Positions 38,222 to 46,836 of a DNA stretch of 47,488 nt are shown in pieces. The translations under genes and the position numbers were made by a program. Where the stretch lies: positions 1 through 47,488 of the forward strand of contig QZJL01000040.1 in assembly GCA_003599745.1 (NCBI GenBank), written 5' to 3'. This DNA comes from Dehalococcoidia bacterium. GTDB taxonomy: Bacteria > Chloroflexota > Dehalococcoidia > Dehalococcoidales > SURF-40. The notes beneath the pieces were generated by a model that ran no database searches, was not told the DNA's origin, and saw only the letters and a list, made by a program, of their open reading frames with translations. Within the stretch, counting starts at the first letter, position 1; each line of letters begins with the position of its first letter.

Positions 38222-39178
38222 TTAATTCCCTAATTGCAAACCGGCAGTTTCTCGGGCCGTCAGCGCTTCGATGGTCTCTCTTAGCCCCTCCTCGAACCTA
38301 TACTCGGGCTGATAGCCGAAACCCGCTGCCCGGGAGATATCCGCTAGGCTGTGCCTGATGTCTCCCGAGCGGGGCTTGCGGTAGGCGAGTTTCATTTTTT
38401 TTCCGCCGAGGCGGATGATGAGCTTCGCCAGGTCGTTGATTGAGCTTTTTTCGCCGGTGCCGATATTAAAAACCCCGTTAGCATCGCTTTCCGCCGCCAG
38501 CAGGCTTGCCCTCACCGCATCTTTAACAAAGGTAAAGTCACGGGTCGCCTCGCCGTCGCCGAAAATTTCCGGCGGCTTGTTCTTTAAGACGCTGGTCAGG
38601 AATTTCGAAATCACGCCGGAGTATTCCGAATTCGGGTCCTGGCGCGGCCCGTAGACGTTGTAATAGCGGAGAACCGCGGTGGGCAAATCGTAGGCCTGGC
38701 TGAATACCGTGCAGTAATATTCTCCGGCGAGTTTTGATACGGCGTATGGTGACTTCGGGTTAGGCAGGATGTCTTCGTGCTGGGGAGCTTCGCCGGTGTC
38801 ACCGTAAACCGCCGCCGAAGAGGCGAAAACCACTTTCTTCACCTTGCTGCGCCGGGCGGCCAAAAGCACGTTCAGGGTGCCGGTGGCGTTCACCTCGTGG
38901 GTGAGCCTGGGGTCGGTAAGGCTTTTCGGCACGCTGGCGATGGCCGCCAGGTGGAAAACATATTTTGCCCCCGAGAAAGCACTCTCCAGCCGTGACAGGC
39001 TGGTGACACTGTCTATGATGAGCGTTGCCTTGCCCTCCTTCAGGTGGCGTGCGATATTAGATTCTTTCCCGCTGGAAAGGTCGTCGATGATGGTGACCCG
39101 ATGGTCCCGGTTTACCAGCTCATCGACGAGGTGCGACCCGATAAACCCGGCGCCGCCGGTAACGACCGTCTTTATCAT
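38222..39178 (-). CDS. UDP-hexose/HexNAc 4-epimerase family (extended SDR, WbpP-like)
   Basis: TGGAGFIG, HLAAIASVP, SSAAVYG, PYAVSK, NVYGPRQDP, TRDFTFV. Confidence 0.88.
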   Translation of the reverse strand: MIKTVVTGGAGFIGSHLVDELVNRDHRVTIIDDLSSGKESNIARHLKEGKATLIIDSVTSLSRLESAFSGAKYVFHLAAIASVPKSLTDPRLTHEVNATGTLNVLLAARRSKVKKVVFASSAAVYGDTGEAPQHEDILPNPKSPYAVSKLAGEYYCTVFSQAYDLPTAVLRYYNVYGPRQDPNSEYSGVISKFLTSVLKNKPPEIFGDGEATRDFTFVKDAVRASLLAAESDANGVFNIGTGEKSSINDLAKLIIRLGGKKMKLAYRKPRSGDIRHSLADISRAAGFGYQPEYRFEEGLRETIEALTARETAGLQLGN

Positions 39179-39180
39179 GG

Positions 39181-41118
39181 TTATTCCTTATCCGCCTTCA
39201 CCACGTCCAGTATACGTTCCGCCAGGTTCTCGCCGTCAAGCCGGTGATACGCCAGGGCTTCCGCCGGCGTGCCGCAGGCGGGGAAGCCTTCCACCGCGAA
39301 CTTGTGAAATTTCCTGGCGCGCAGCTTTACCGAGGAAAGCGATGCGTTCAGCAGGTTGTCTCCCAGGCCGCCATAAGGCGAGTGGTCATCCAGCACGAAG
39401 ATATTAGAACAATCCCCGGTTACCGCCTCAAACCAGGCTACGTCAACCCGGTTCAGCCAGGGCATATTGACCACTTTCAGGGCGAAACCCTTTTCGGCCA
39501 GGAGTTCGCCCGCCAGCAGTACCTCGTTCAGCATCACCGGGCCGTAGGCGAAGATGGCAGCGCCGTTGCCATTACGCAAGACACAGCCCTGTCCCGGTTC
39601 GAATTTATAATTTGCCGGCAGGGCGATGGTGCGCGGCGAGGGCGAAATCACCAGCCGCAGCATGCAGTTTTCTTTGGCTTCGTTGACGCACCACTCCAGT
39701 GCGAGCGCCGTCTCGGTGGCGTTGGCGGGCTCGATAGCGACCAGGTTGGGCATAGCGCCCAGCAGCGAAATGTCGCGCAGGCTCTGGTGAGATTGCCCCG
39801 GCCCGGCGGGGATGAGACCGGCGTAATGGCAGACATAGATGATTTTTGTCCCTTCGGTCGAGTTGGTGTAAATCTGCTCGTTGGCTCGCGACGCCAGGAA
39901 AACCCCGAACGAGTTGACGATGGGCAAAAAGCCCTGGAGCGCCAATCCTCCGGCGGTAGACACCATATCCTGTTCGGCGATGCCGTTTTCGATAAACCTG
40001 TCAGGGAACTTCGCTTCGAAGAAACGCAGGCCGCAGTCCGCCGCCAGGTCGGCATCCAGCACCACAATGTCCGGGCGCTTTTCGCCAAGCTTCGCCAGCG
40101 CCTCGCCGTAGGCGTCCACCACCTTTTCGGCGGTATCCTTGAGGCGGGTGGTGCGCCTTCCCCTGGTCTCAATCAGTTCGTTGGTAAGCGGCTCAAGCCC
40201 GGCTTCCCCCAGTTTTCGGTTGATTCTTTCAGCAATCTCGGCGTGCGCCGCTTCGAAAGCGTCATCGTCGGGTGCGCCGGAGTGCCAGCGGTAAAGACCG
40301 CCGCCGTCTTTCAGCGCCTGAGGTCCTTCCATGAATGAGATGCCTTTGCCCTTGACGGTGTCGGCGATGAGGGCCTTCGGTCTATCGGTGACATTCTCGA
40401 ACTCGCGGAAAATCTTTTCTAGCTGCGCGAAGTCGTGGCCGTCGCCGCGGGCGGCATGCCAGCCGAAATCCTCGAATTTTCTTTGCAGGTCGCCGAGATT
40501 GATGACTTCTTTCACCGGCCGGTCGGTCTGAATCTTGTTGCAATCTACGATTACCTGTATATTGTTGACCTTTTGGTGCGCTACTGTCTGGAGGGATTCC
40601 CAGATTTGCCCTTCCTGGAGCTCGCCGTCGCCGGTCATGACGAAGACCCCTCCGCCGTGGCCGCTCATCTTCTTGGCTATTGCCATGCCCTTTGCCTTGG
40701 AGATGCCCATACCCAACGAGCCGGAGTTGGCTTCGACGCCCGGCGTGCCGACATCGGGGTGGCCGCAGGTGCCGCCGAACCGCCTCAAGTTGATGAACTT
40801 TTCTTTGGGCAAAAGCCCCAGCGAATATAGCACGGCGTAGAAACCGGGCACGTCATGCCCCTTGGAGGAAAAATAAATATCGCGGTCGGGGTGTTCCAGC
40901 CCCAGTTTTGCCGTGTTCATTACCGAATAATAGAGCGCCACCACGATGTCCAGCGAGCTTAGAGAAGAGCCGAGATGTCCCGAGCCGGCGCGCTTTACCA
41001 TGTTAAGGGCATTAAGGCGGCACATGTCGGCGATTAACTCAAGTTTACGGTAGTAGTCAATCCCGGCGGCACTTACCCGCTGGAACTCCTGTATGGGTAC
41101 GAGCCTGATTTCCGGCAT
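39181..41118 (-). CDS. ThDP-dependent transketolase-like enzyme (fused N- and C-terminal parts)
   Basis: SGHLG, SKGH, GHP, GSLGMG, ThDP motif GDGELQEG...DCN, TVKGKG, DADL, GIAEQ, GQSHQ. Confidence 0.9.
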   Translation of the reverse strand: MPEIRLVPIQEFQRVSAAGIDYYRKLELIADMCRLNALNMVKRAGSGHLGSSLSSLDIVVALYYSVMNTAKLGLEHPDRDIYFSSKGHDVPGFYAVLYSLGLLPKEKFINLRRFGGTCGHPDVGTPGVEANSGSLGMGISKAKGMAIAKKMSGHGGGVFVMTGDGELQEGQIWESLQTVAHQKVNNIQVIVDCNKIQTDRPVKEVINLGDLQRKFEDFGWHAARGDGHDFAQLEKIFREFENVTDRPKALIADTVKGKGISFMEGPQALKDGGGLYRWHSGAPDDDAFEAAHAEIAERINRKLGEAGLEPLTNELIETRGRRTTRLKDTAEKVVDAYGEALAKLGEKRPDIVVLDADLAADCGLRFFEAKFPDRFIENGIAEQDMVSTAGGLALQGFLPIVNSFGVFLASRANEQIYTNSTEGTKIIYVCHYAGLIPAGPGQSHQSLRDISLLGAMPNLVAIEPANATETALALEWCVNEAKENCMLRLVISPSPRTIALPANYKFEPGQGCVLRNGNGAAIFAYGPVMLNEVLLAGELLAEKGFALKVVNMPWLNRVDVAWFEAVTGDCSNIFVLDDHSPYGGLGDNLLNASLSSVKLRARKFHKFAVEGFPACGTPAEALAYHRLDGENLAERILDVVKADKE

Positions 41119-41885
41119 TACCGTCTGGGCTCCTTGATGGGATAGGGGTCCTGGGGAACTTCCGGCAGCTTCGCCTGGCCGGTGCGTACCAGTTCCTCGG
41201 CTACCAGCCAGTCTTCGGGCCGGTTAATGTCGAACCCTTCGTAGCCCTTCGTGAGAAAAGGCATCACCACCTTGCCGGCGATGGTGCCCTCCTCGAAGAC
41301 GACGCGGCTCCAGGCAATCTCTAAGCTCGCGTTCTGGGCGTAGACTTCGGGCAGGCTCTGGTAGGGCGTGCTGTGAGCGGGCAGCCCGGCGGGGCTGTCG
41401 AGAAGCGGGCGCATGCGATTACCGTTTACCAGCCACATCTTGGCGGGGTGCTGGCGGCATTTTTCCACTGCCCGCAGCGAATCAACTCTGTTTTGCGAGA
41501 TGAATTCGCGCCGCGCCCGCCTGATGGTCGCCGGCTGGCGGAAGGGGCTGGTGGGGCGCAGGATGGCAAAGCAATCATAATTTTCGCCCTCGTCGGCGAG
41601 CCGTACCAGGGTGTATTTCACCCACTCGATGTCCGGGCTGAGCTCACCGGCGAACTGCTTTGGCCGGAGGAAGGGCACATCAGCGCCGTAGTAGCGGGCG
41701 ATGGCGGCGTAACGCCGCGAGTCGGTTGATACCACCACCCGGCTAAATACGTCGCTTTCAAGAACGGCGGCGATGGCGTAAGCCAGGAGCGGGTGGCCGC
41801 CGAGCGGCCTGATATTTTTGTGGCGCACCCGCTTCGAGCCGGCTCTGGCCGGGATGAGGGCGATAGCGGTCAGTTTTCTGGTCAT
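41118..41885 (-). CDS. CMP-ulosonic acid synthetase (NeuA-family cytidylyltransferase)
   Basis: IPARAGSKRV..KN, VSTD, PFLRP, PTSPFR, QNAS, FDIN...DW. Confidence 0.92.
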   Translation of the reverse strand: MTRKLTAIALIPARAGSKRVRHKNIRPLGGHPLLAYAIAAVLESDVFSRVVVSTDSRRYAAIARYYGADVPFLRPKQFAGELSPDIEWVKYTLVRLADEGENYDCFAILRPTSPFRQPATIRRARREFISQNRVDSLRAVEKCRQHPAKMWLVNGNRMRPLLDSPAGLPAHSTPYQSLPEVYAQNASLEIAWSRVVFEEGTIAGKVVMPFLTKGYEGFDINRPEDWLVAEELVRTGQAKLPEVPQDPYPIKEPRR

Positions 41886-41895
41886 ATGAGAAACC

Positions 41896-43377
41896 CTATG
41901 CCGTTTCCGGTTGAATATTAATATAAATATCTTTAAGTTCGGAATAGACGTCCAGCGCCTCCGTGCCCGGCTCGCGCCAGCCGTTGCCGGAGTTTTTCAC
42001 CCCGCCGAAGGGCATGTGCGGTTCGCTGCCGTAGGTACCGGCGTTGACCACCGCCACTCCTGCCTGGACTTTATGGCTGAATTCCAGCGCCCGGTTAAAG
42101 TTTTGGGTGTGAATGCAGGCTGTCAGTCCGTAAGGCGAGTTGTTGGCCAGTTCCAGCGCTTCCTGGAAATCCCGGGCGCGATAAAGGCAGGCCACCGGGC
42201 CGAATAGCTCAGAAGTGGAAATTTCGCTGTCGGGAGCGGCGTTCTCAATCAGGGTAGGAGCTATGTAAAAACCGTTACGATGTGCGGGGTCGGTGAGCCG
42301 CTTGCCGCCGGTAAGAATTTTAGCCCCCGCCCTGCGCGCCCGTGCGACCGTGCCGAGTATGTTGCTTAGCTGTTCTCCGTTGATGACCGGGCCGAAGTCA
42401 TCGCTGTCCGCCGTGCCCACTTTCAGCTTGGCGGCTCTCTCCACCAGATTCCGGCGGAATTTATCATAGACGCTGCTGAAGATAATGATGCGGCTGGCGG
42501 CGGCACAGCGCTGGCCGGCGTTTGAGAAGGCCGAAAGAAGCACCCATTTGGCGGCGTTTTCCAGGTCGGCATCGTCACAGACCACCATCGGGTTCTTGCC
42601 GCCAAGCTCCAGCGACACCTTTGCCATGCGTTCACCGGCGATACCCGCAATCTGCCGCCCGACGGCGGTCGAGCCGGTGAAGCTGATGAGGTCAACTCCG
42701 GGGTTTTTCACCAGCGCCGCCCCGGCCTCTTCGCCGTACCCCTGGATGATATTGAGCAGTCCGGCGGGCAATCCCGATAGACGGGCAATCTCGCCGAAAA
42801 TCCAGGCGGTGACGGGCGTGTCCTCGGCGGCCTTGAGGATGGCGGCGTTGCCGCAGACGAGCGCCGGAAATACTTTCCAGGCGACGTTGGCGATGGGGGT
42901 GTTGGCGGCCACAATCAATCCAGCAACACCGACCGGCTGGCGCACCGTCATGGCGTATTTGTTCGGCGTGCCACTGGTGGTGGTCCTGCCGTAGAGCCGC
43001 TGGCCTTCGCTGGCATAAAAAAGCCCCAGGGCGATAGCGCCGCCGGTCTCGCCCAGGGCGTCTTTTAATGATTTGCCGGTCTCGGCGGCCACGACTTGTG
43101 CGACCTCTTGCTGGCGTGCCTTTAAGCCAAGCACGATGTCGTGGAGCAGCATGCCGCGTTGGACGGCGGGGGTATTCGCCCAGACGGGCTGCACTTTGCG
43201 GGCGGCCTTCACCGCCCTGGCGATGTCTTTTTCATCGGAGCGTGCCGCCCGGCAGAGAATTTCGCCGTCAGCCGGATTAAGCTTATCGAAAAGCTTTCCT
43301 GATGCCGCCGGGAGTTCTTTGCCGCCAATCCAGTTCGGAATTTCCGTAGGGAAAGTCCTTTTTTGCGGTCTCACCAT
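41896..43377 (-). CDS. Aldehyde dehydrogenase family protein
   Basis: ETGK, FTGST, LELGGKNP, catalytic NAGQRC, ELFGP, YGL, PFGGVKNSG. Start ATG 43377. Confidence 0.93.
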   Translation of the reverse strand: MVRPQKRTFPTEIPNWIGGKELPAASGKLFDKLNPADGEILCRAARSDEKDIARAVKAARKVQPVWANTPAVQRGMLLHDIVLGLKARQQEVAQVVAAETGKSLKDALGETGGAIALGLFYASEGQRLYGRTTTSGTPNKYAMTVRQPVGVAGLIVAANTPIANVAWKVFPALVCGNAAILKAAEDTPVTAWIFGEIARLSGLPAGLLNIIQGYGEEAGAALVKNPGVDLISFTGSTAVGRQIAGIAGERMAKVSLELGGKNPMVVCDDADLENAAKWVLLSAFSNAGQRCAAASRIIIFSSVYDKFRRNLVERAAKLKVGTADSDDFGPVINGEQLSNILGTVARARRAGAKILTGGKRLTDPAHRNGFYIAPTLIENAAPDSEISTSELFGPVACLYRARDFQEALELANNSPYGLTACIHTQNFNRALEFSHKVQAGVAVVNAGTYGSEPHMPFGGVKNSGNGWREPGTEALDVYSELKDIYINIQPETA

Positions 43378-44189
43378 GCCGTCCACCCGCCATCAATTAC
43401 CAGATTCGAGCCGGTCATATAAGAAGAAGCAATCGAGATGAGAAATATGACCGCTCCGTTATACTCGTCCTCGCGCGCCATCCGTCCCAGCGGCACCCGG
43501 GCAATGTAGCCTTCCAGAAAGTTCTCATCCTGGTCATTGAAAACCCCGCCGAAAGTGAGGGTGTTGACGCGTACGTTCTTCGCTGCCCAGTAGGTGGCGA
43601 GGTAGCGGGTCAGGTTAAAGAGCGCCGACTTTGACGCCGAGTAGGCCACCGGCTTGAAGAACGGCGCGCCGCCTTTATTGCGGTATTCGTAAAGGCGCTG
43701 GTCGGGCGAGACCAGGCCGTACATCGAGCTGATGTTAATGATTGAGCCACTTTGGGCTTTGGCCATCTCCTCGCCAATCACCTGGCAGCACAGGAAAACC
43801 CCCTTTACGTTTACCGCCATCACCGAGTCCCAGGAGCTTTCCGGGTAACTCTCGAAAGGCCCGTTCTCGCTGGTGGGGGCACCGGGCGGCGAGTCCAGTG
43901 CGGCGTTGTTGATGAGGGCGTTCGGGACTCCCCAGGTTTTTTTCACGTTTGCCAGCGCGGTTTCGATTGAACCGCGCCTAGTAATATCAACCGCCGCAAA
44001 AAGCAGGTTTTCATCTTTGGCACGACTGCCGAATCTTTCGGCGACTGTCTTTTCGTCTACTTTCTGGTCAAAGACTGCCACTTTTGCTCCCCGGTCAGCT
44101 AGCGCCAGGCTGAACTGCCGGCCAAGCTGCCCCAGGCCGCCGGTAACCACCACAATTTTTCCGTTTATGTCGAAGAGGTCTTCGGACAT
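43371..44189 (-). CDS. Classical SDR oxidoreductase (PtmA/FlaA1-like flavour seen in nonulosonic acid loci)
   Basis: TGGLGQLG, INNA, ISSMYG, YSASK, RVN, MTGSNLVIDGGW. Confidence 0.88.
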   Translation of the reverse strand: MSEDLFDINGKIVVVTGGLGQLGRQFSLALADRGAKVAVFDQKVDEKTVAERFGSRAKDENLLFAAVDITRRGSIETALANVKKTWGVPNALINNAALDSPPGAPTSENGPFESYPESSWDSVMAVNVKGVFLCCQVIGEEMAKAQSGSIINISSMYGLVSPDQRLYEYRNKGGAPFFKPVAYSASKSALFNLTRYLATYWAAKNVRVNTLTFGGVFNDQDENFLEGYIARVPLGRMAREDEYNGAVIFLISIASSYMTGSNLVIDGGWTAW

Positions 44190-44194
44190 ATTAG

Positions 44195-44728
44195 TTATTC
44201 CTTACCGTGAGCCAGCACCCGCTCGAACAAATCGCATACCTCGCGCACCGCGCCCCGACCGCCCGGCAGGTTGGTGCGGTAAATGGCGGCGGGAACGACC
44301 TCCGGCTGAGCATCCTGCACCACGATGGGCAGCCCCACGTGGCTTAGGCACTCAAGGTCGTTATAGTCATTGCCCACGAAGGCCACCTGCTCCAGAGAGA
44401 ATCCCATTTCACCGGCCACCTGGTTAAGGGCGGCGCACTTGTCGGCGCAGTTCTGGAGGCAACGGATGCCCAGCTTGCGGCTGCGCTGTGTGACGACCGG
44501 GTTGGCTTCGGTTGATATGATGACGGCTTCGATGCCGGCGGCCTTCAGCTTGCCCAGTCCCAGGCCGTCCCCCCGGAAGCAGCGTACCATCTCGGTGCCG
44601 TCTTCGGAGACATATACCATGTTGTCGGTAAAGACGCCGTCGAAGTCGAAAGCTACCAGCCGCACCGCCCGGATACGTTCTTCAAGCGTTCTGGTATTGG
44701 CGCTTTCCCGGCTATTTCTTCTTGGCAT
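44195..44728 (-). CDS. KdsC/YrbI-family HAD phosphatase (Kdo8P/KDN9P phosphatase-like)
   Basis: FDFDGVFTD, DGLG, IIS, K, FVGND.ND, GGRGAVRE. Start probably ATG 44728. Confidence 0.9.
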   Translation of the reverse strand: MPRRNSRESANTRTLEERIRAVRLVAFDFDGVFTDNMVYVSEDGTEMVRCFRGDGLGLGKLKAAGIEAVIISTEANPVVTQRSRKLGIRCLQNCADKCAALNQVAGEMGFSLEQVAFVGNDYNDLECLSHVGLPIVVQDAQPEVVPAAIYRTNLPGGRGAVREVCDLFERVLAHGKE

Positions 44729-45776
44729 TAGCCAGGTCCTGGTAGGAAATAGACTCATCTTCCTTGAAGGCGCGGAGGGTCACTTTGCCGATAACATTTT
44801 TCAGCTCGTAAGGGGCAAGGCCGTCGTTCGGTGACTTGATGGCGATATCCTCGCGGGTGAGTGTGTGGCCGGCCCGGAGATTACGGGCGGCCACCAGCTT
44901 TTTGCCCATCTTGTACAGGCCGTTGGTCTCGCTGGGATAAACCCGTTTCACCCCGTCGCCTTGGGCGACGCGCGCCCGTTTGAGGTCGCGCACCACCCGG
45001 CTCAAGCCGGGACGTTCCAGCGAGAAAGCGTGGTCGGTGCCTTTCATGGCGCGGTTGAGGGTAAAGTGCTTTTCGATAACCCTGGCGCCCAGCACCGCCG
45101 CCACCAGCACCATGGCGATACCGCTGTCGTGGGCGGAGAGACCGATAACGATGTCCGGGAAACGTTCGCGGTAGGTGGTGATGGTCTTCAGGTTCATCTC
45201 TTCGAAGGCACAGGGATAGGAACAGGTCGCCTGCATCAGGCAGAGCTGGCGGTTGATGGGCATGATGGTGTCGTAGGCGCACTCGACATCCGCCATCGTG
45301 CCGCCGCCGGTGCTGACAATCATCGGTTTCTGGAAGCGGGCGACGTATTCCAGGAGGGGCGTATTCTTGAGGTCGCCGGAGGCAATCTTGAAAGCGGGCA
45401 CGTCAATGTCCATCAAAAAGTCGGCGCTTTTGAAATCGAAGGCGGTGGCGAAGAGGGAGATGCCGATTTCCTTGGCATACTGCTTCAGTTCGCGGTATTC
45501 GTTTGGTCCGAACTCAAGGGCTTCGCGGTGCTCCCCGTAGGTCTTGCCGAAGCTGTTTTCGTTTTCGTAAGGCTGGTTGTAAAGCGCCCGGGTATAAAGG
45601 CTGCGGTTATCCCGTTTCTGGAATTTGGCGGCGTCGGCGCCGCATTCTTTGGCTGCCCGGAGCATCTCCAGGGCGGTTGACAGTTTGCCCTGGTGGTTGT
45701 GGCCGATTTCGGCGACGACGTAGCAGTCGGTGTCGTCGGAGATGCGCCGACCGTTGATTATCAGTTCGCGTACCAT
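44712..45776 (-). CDS. N-acetylneuraminate synthase (NeuB/SpsE)-family PEP-condensing synthase with C-terminal SAF domain
   Basis: AEIGHNHQG, AKFQK, FKIASGD, STG, CSYP, GLSAH, IEKHFTL, GTDH, SAF tail. Start ATG 45776. Confidence 0.95.
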   Translation of the reverse strand: MVRELIINGRRISDDTDCYVVAEIGHNHQGKLSTALEMLRAAKECGADAAKFQKRDNRSLYTRALYNQPYENENSFGKTYGEHREALEFGPNEYRELKQYAKEIGISLFATAFDFKSADFLMDIDVPAFKIASGDLKNTPLLEYVARFQKPMIVSTGGGTMADVECAYDTIMPINRQLCLMQATCSYPCAFEEMNLKTITTYRERFPDIVIGLSAHDSGIAMVLVAAVLGARVIEKHFTLNRAMKGTDHAFSLERPGLSRVVRDLKRARVAQGDGVKRVYPSETNGLYKMGKKLVAARNLRAGHTLTREDIAIKSPNDGLAPYELKNVIGKVTLRAFKEDESISYQDLANAKKK

Positions 45777-45859
45777 TTTCCCACCAACTCCATCGTGGTA
45801 TTGTCGCCTGCCCGGGTAACCCAAGGTGCTGGCTTCGGCAGTCGGTAATTTCAGATTAG

Positions 45860-45889
45860 ATTATATTGCAAAGCTTTCGGCGATGTAAA
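45860..45889 (-). promoter_or_regulatory. Promoter of the NeuB-led glycan operon
   Basis: TTTACA (45889-45884), 18-nt spacer, TATAAT (45865-45860). A divergent TATAAT lies at 45913-45918 on the plus strand. Confidence 0.55.
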
Positions 45890-45936
45890 GAGACACGTGG
45901 TGCCCCTTAGTGTATAATTGGTTAAAGTTTGAACAG

Positions 45937-46674
45937 ATGAAGCAAATAAAACATTATCTCATATATTTGATATTTCGGTTGATGGGCACCGGTTCCTTTG
46001 TACGCCGTCTGGAATGGTGCAGGATGCTTGAATGGCTTTCTCCCCGAAAAGACGAAAGAATACTTGATGTCGCCTGCGGCATGGGGGAACTTAGCCTGCT
46101 GATTGCCAGAAGAGGGGCTGAGGTCTTCGGACTGGATATGTCGGAAGCGGCCATCGAAGCCGCTGAACGGCTATCAAGAAAGGCAAAAATACCTTGCAAG
46201 TTCCGGGTCGGAGATGCGCAGAAACTGCCCTATCCCGATGGCTATTTTGACAAAATCGTTTGCAGTTCGTCCCTGGAGCATTTCGAGGATGACAGCCTGG
46301 CTTTGAGGGAAATGAGGCGGGTCTTGAAAGATGGCGGGAGGGTGGTACTCACCGCCGACAGCTTTACCATCCCCATCAAGGCTGAGCTTGAAGAACGGCA
46401 CCGGAGGAAGTGTTCTGTCATCCATTACTACACGCGTGAGTCTATGGAGGCGAGTTTCCGAAACTGTAACCTGGGCATATGCCGCAGCGACTACCTGATA
46501 AAGTCATCTCTGGCTAGCTTCTTCCTGAAACAGTGGATAAAGTATCCCGGGCCGGCTGTTTTCTGGATTACAGTCGCTTTTTGTGGTTATCCACTCTTTA
46601 TTGTTTCGGAGAAGCTTGCCGGTGGTCGGGAAGGCGGCTACACCCTGATTGCGGAGGCGGTAAAGTCTGGCTAG
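45937..46674 (+). CDS. Class I SAM-dependent methyltransferase (Methyltransf_11-like)
   Basis: ILDVACGMG, GLDMS, GDAQKLPY, SSLEHF, RVLKDGG. Start set at ATG 45937 because the GTG at 45910 overlaps the -10. Confidence 0.88.
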   Translation: MKQIKHYLIYLIFRLMGTGSFVRRLEWCRMLEWLSPRKDERILDVACGMGELSLLIARRGAEVFGLDMSEAAIEAAERLSRKAKIPCKFRVGDAQKLPYPDGYFDKIVCSSSLEHFEDDSLALREMRRVLKDGGRVVLTADSFTIPIKAELEERHRRKCSVIHYYTRESMEASFRNCNLGICRSDYLIKSSLASFFLKQWIKYPGPAVFWITVAFCGYPLFIVSEKLAGGREGGYTLIAEAVKSG

Positions 46675-46803
46675 TACCTGGTTGCATAAGAAAGCGAATC
46701 ATGAGACGTTCGTGGTGAGCTTGTCGAACCACAACGGCGCCCTTCGACAGGCTCAGGGCGAACGGTAACAGGCGTAACGCGAATTTCTGCAACTTAGCAC
46801 TAG
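46671..46803. mobile_element. Miniature inverted-repeat element bounded by CTAG, containing a REP-like long hairpin
   Basis: Left end CTAGTACCTGGTTGCATAA versus reverse complement of the right end CTAGTGCTAAGTTGCAGAA (14/19 identical). Internal hairpin 46707-46764 CGTTCG..TGAGCTTGTCGAA / TTCGACAGGCTCA..CGAACG. Confidence 0.65.
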
Positions 46804-46836
46804 TCAGCGGGCTGGTAGGCTTGTTTGGTGGTATCG

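Noticed and set aside
39244-40338. Long antisense ORFs (this 364-aa one, also 10839..11777, 17652..18401, 44865..45680)
   Set aside because: Shadow frames of well-supported GC-rich genes with no recognisable motifs.
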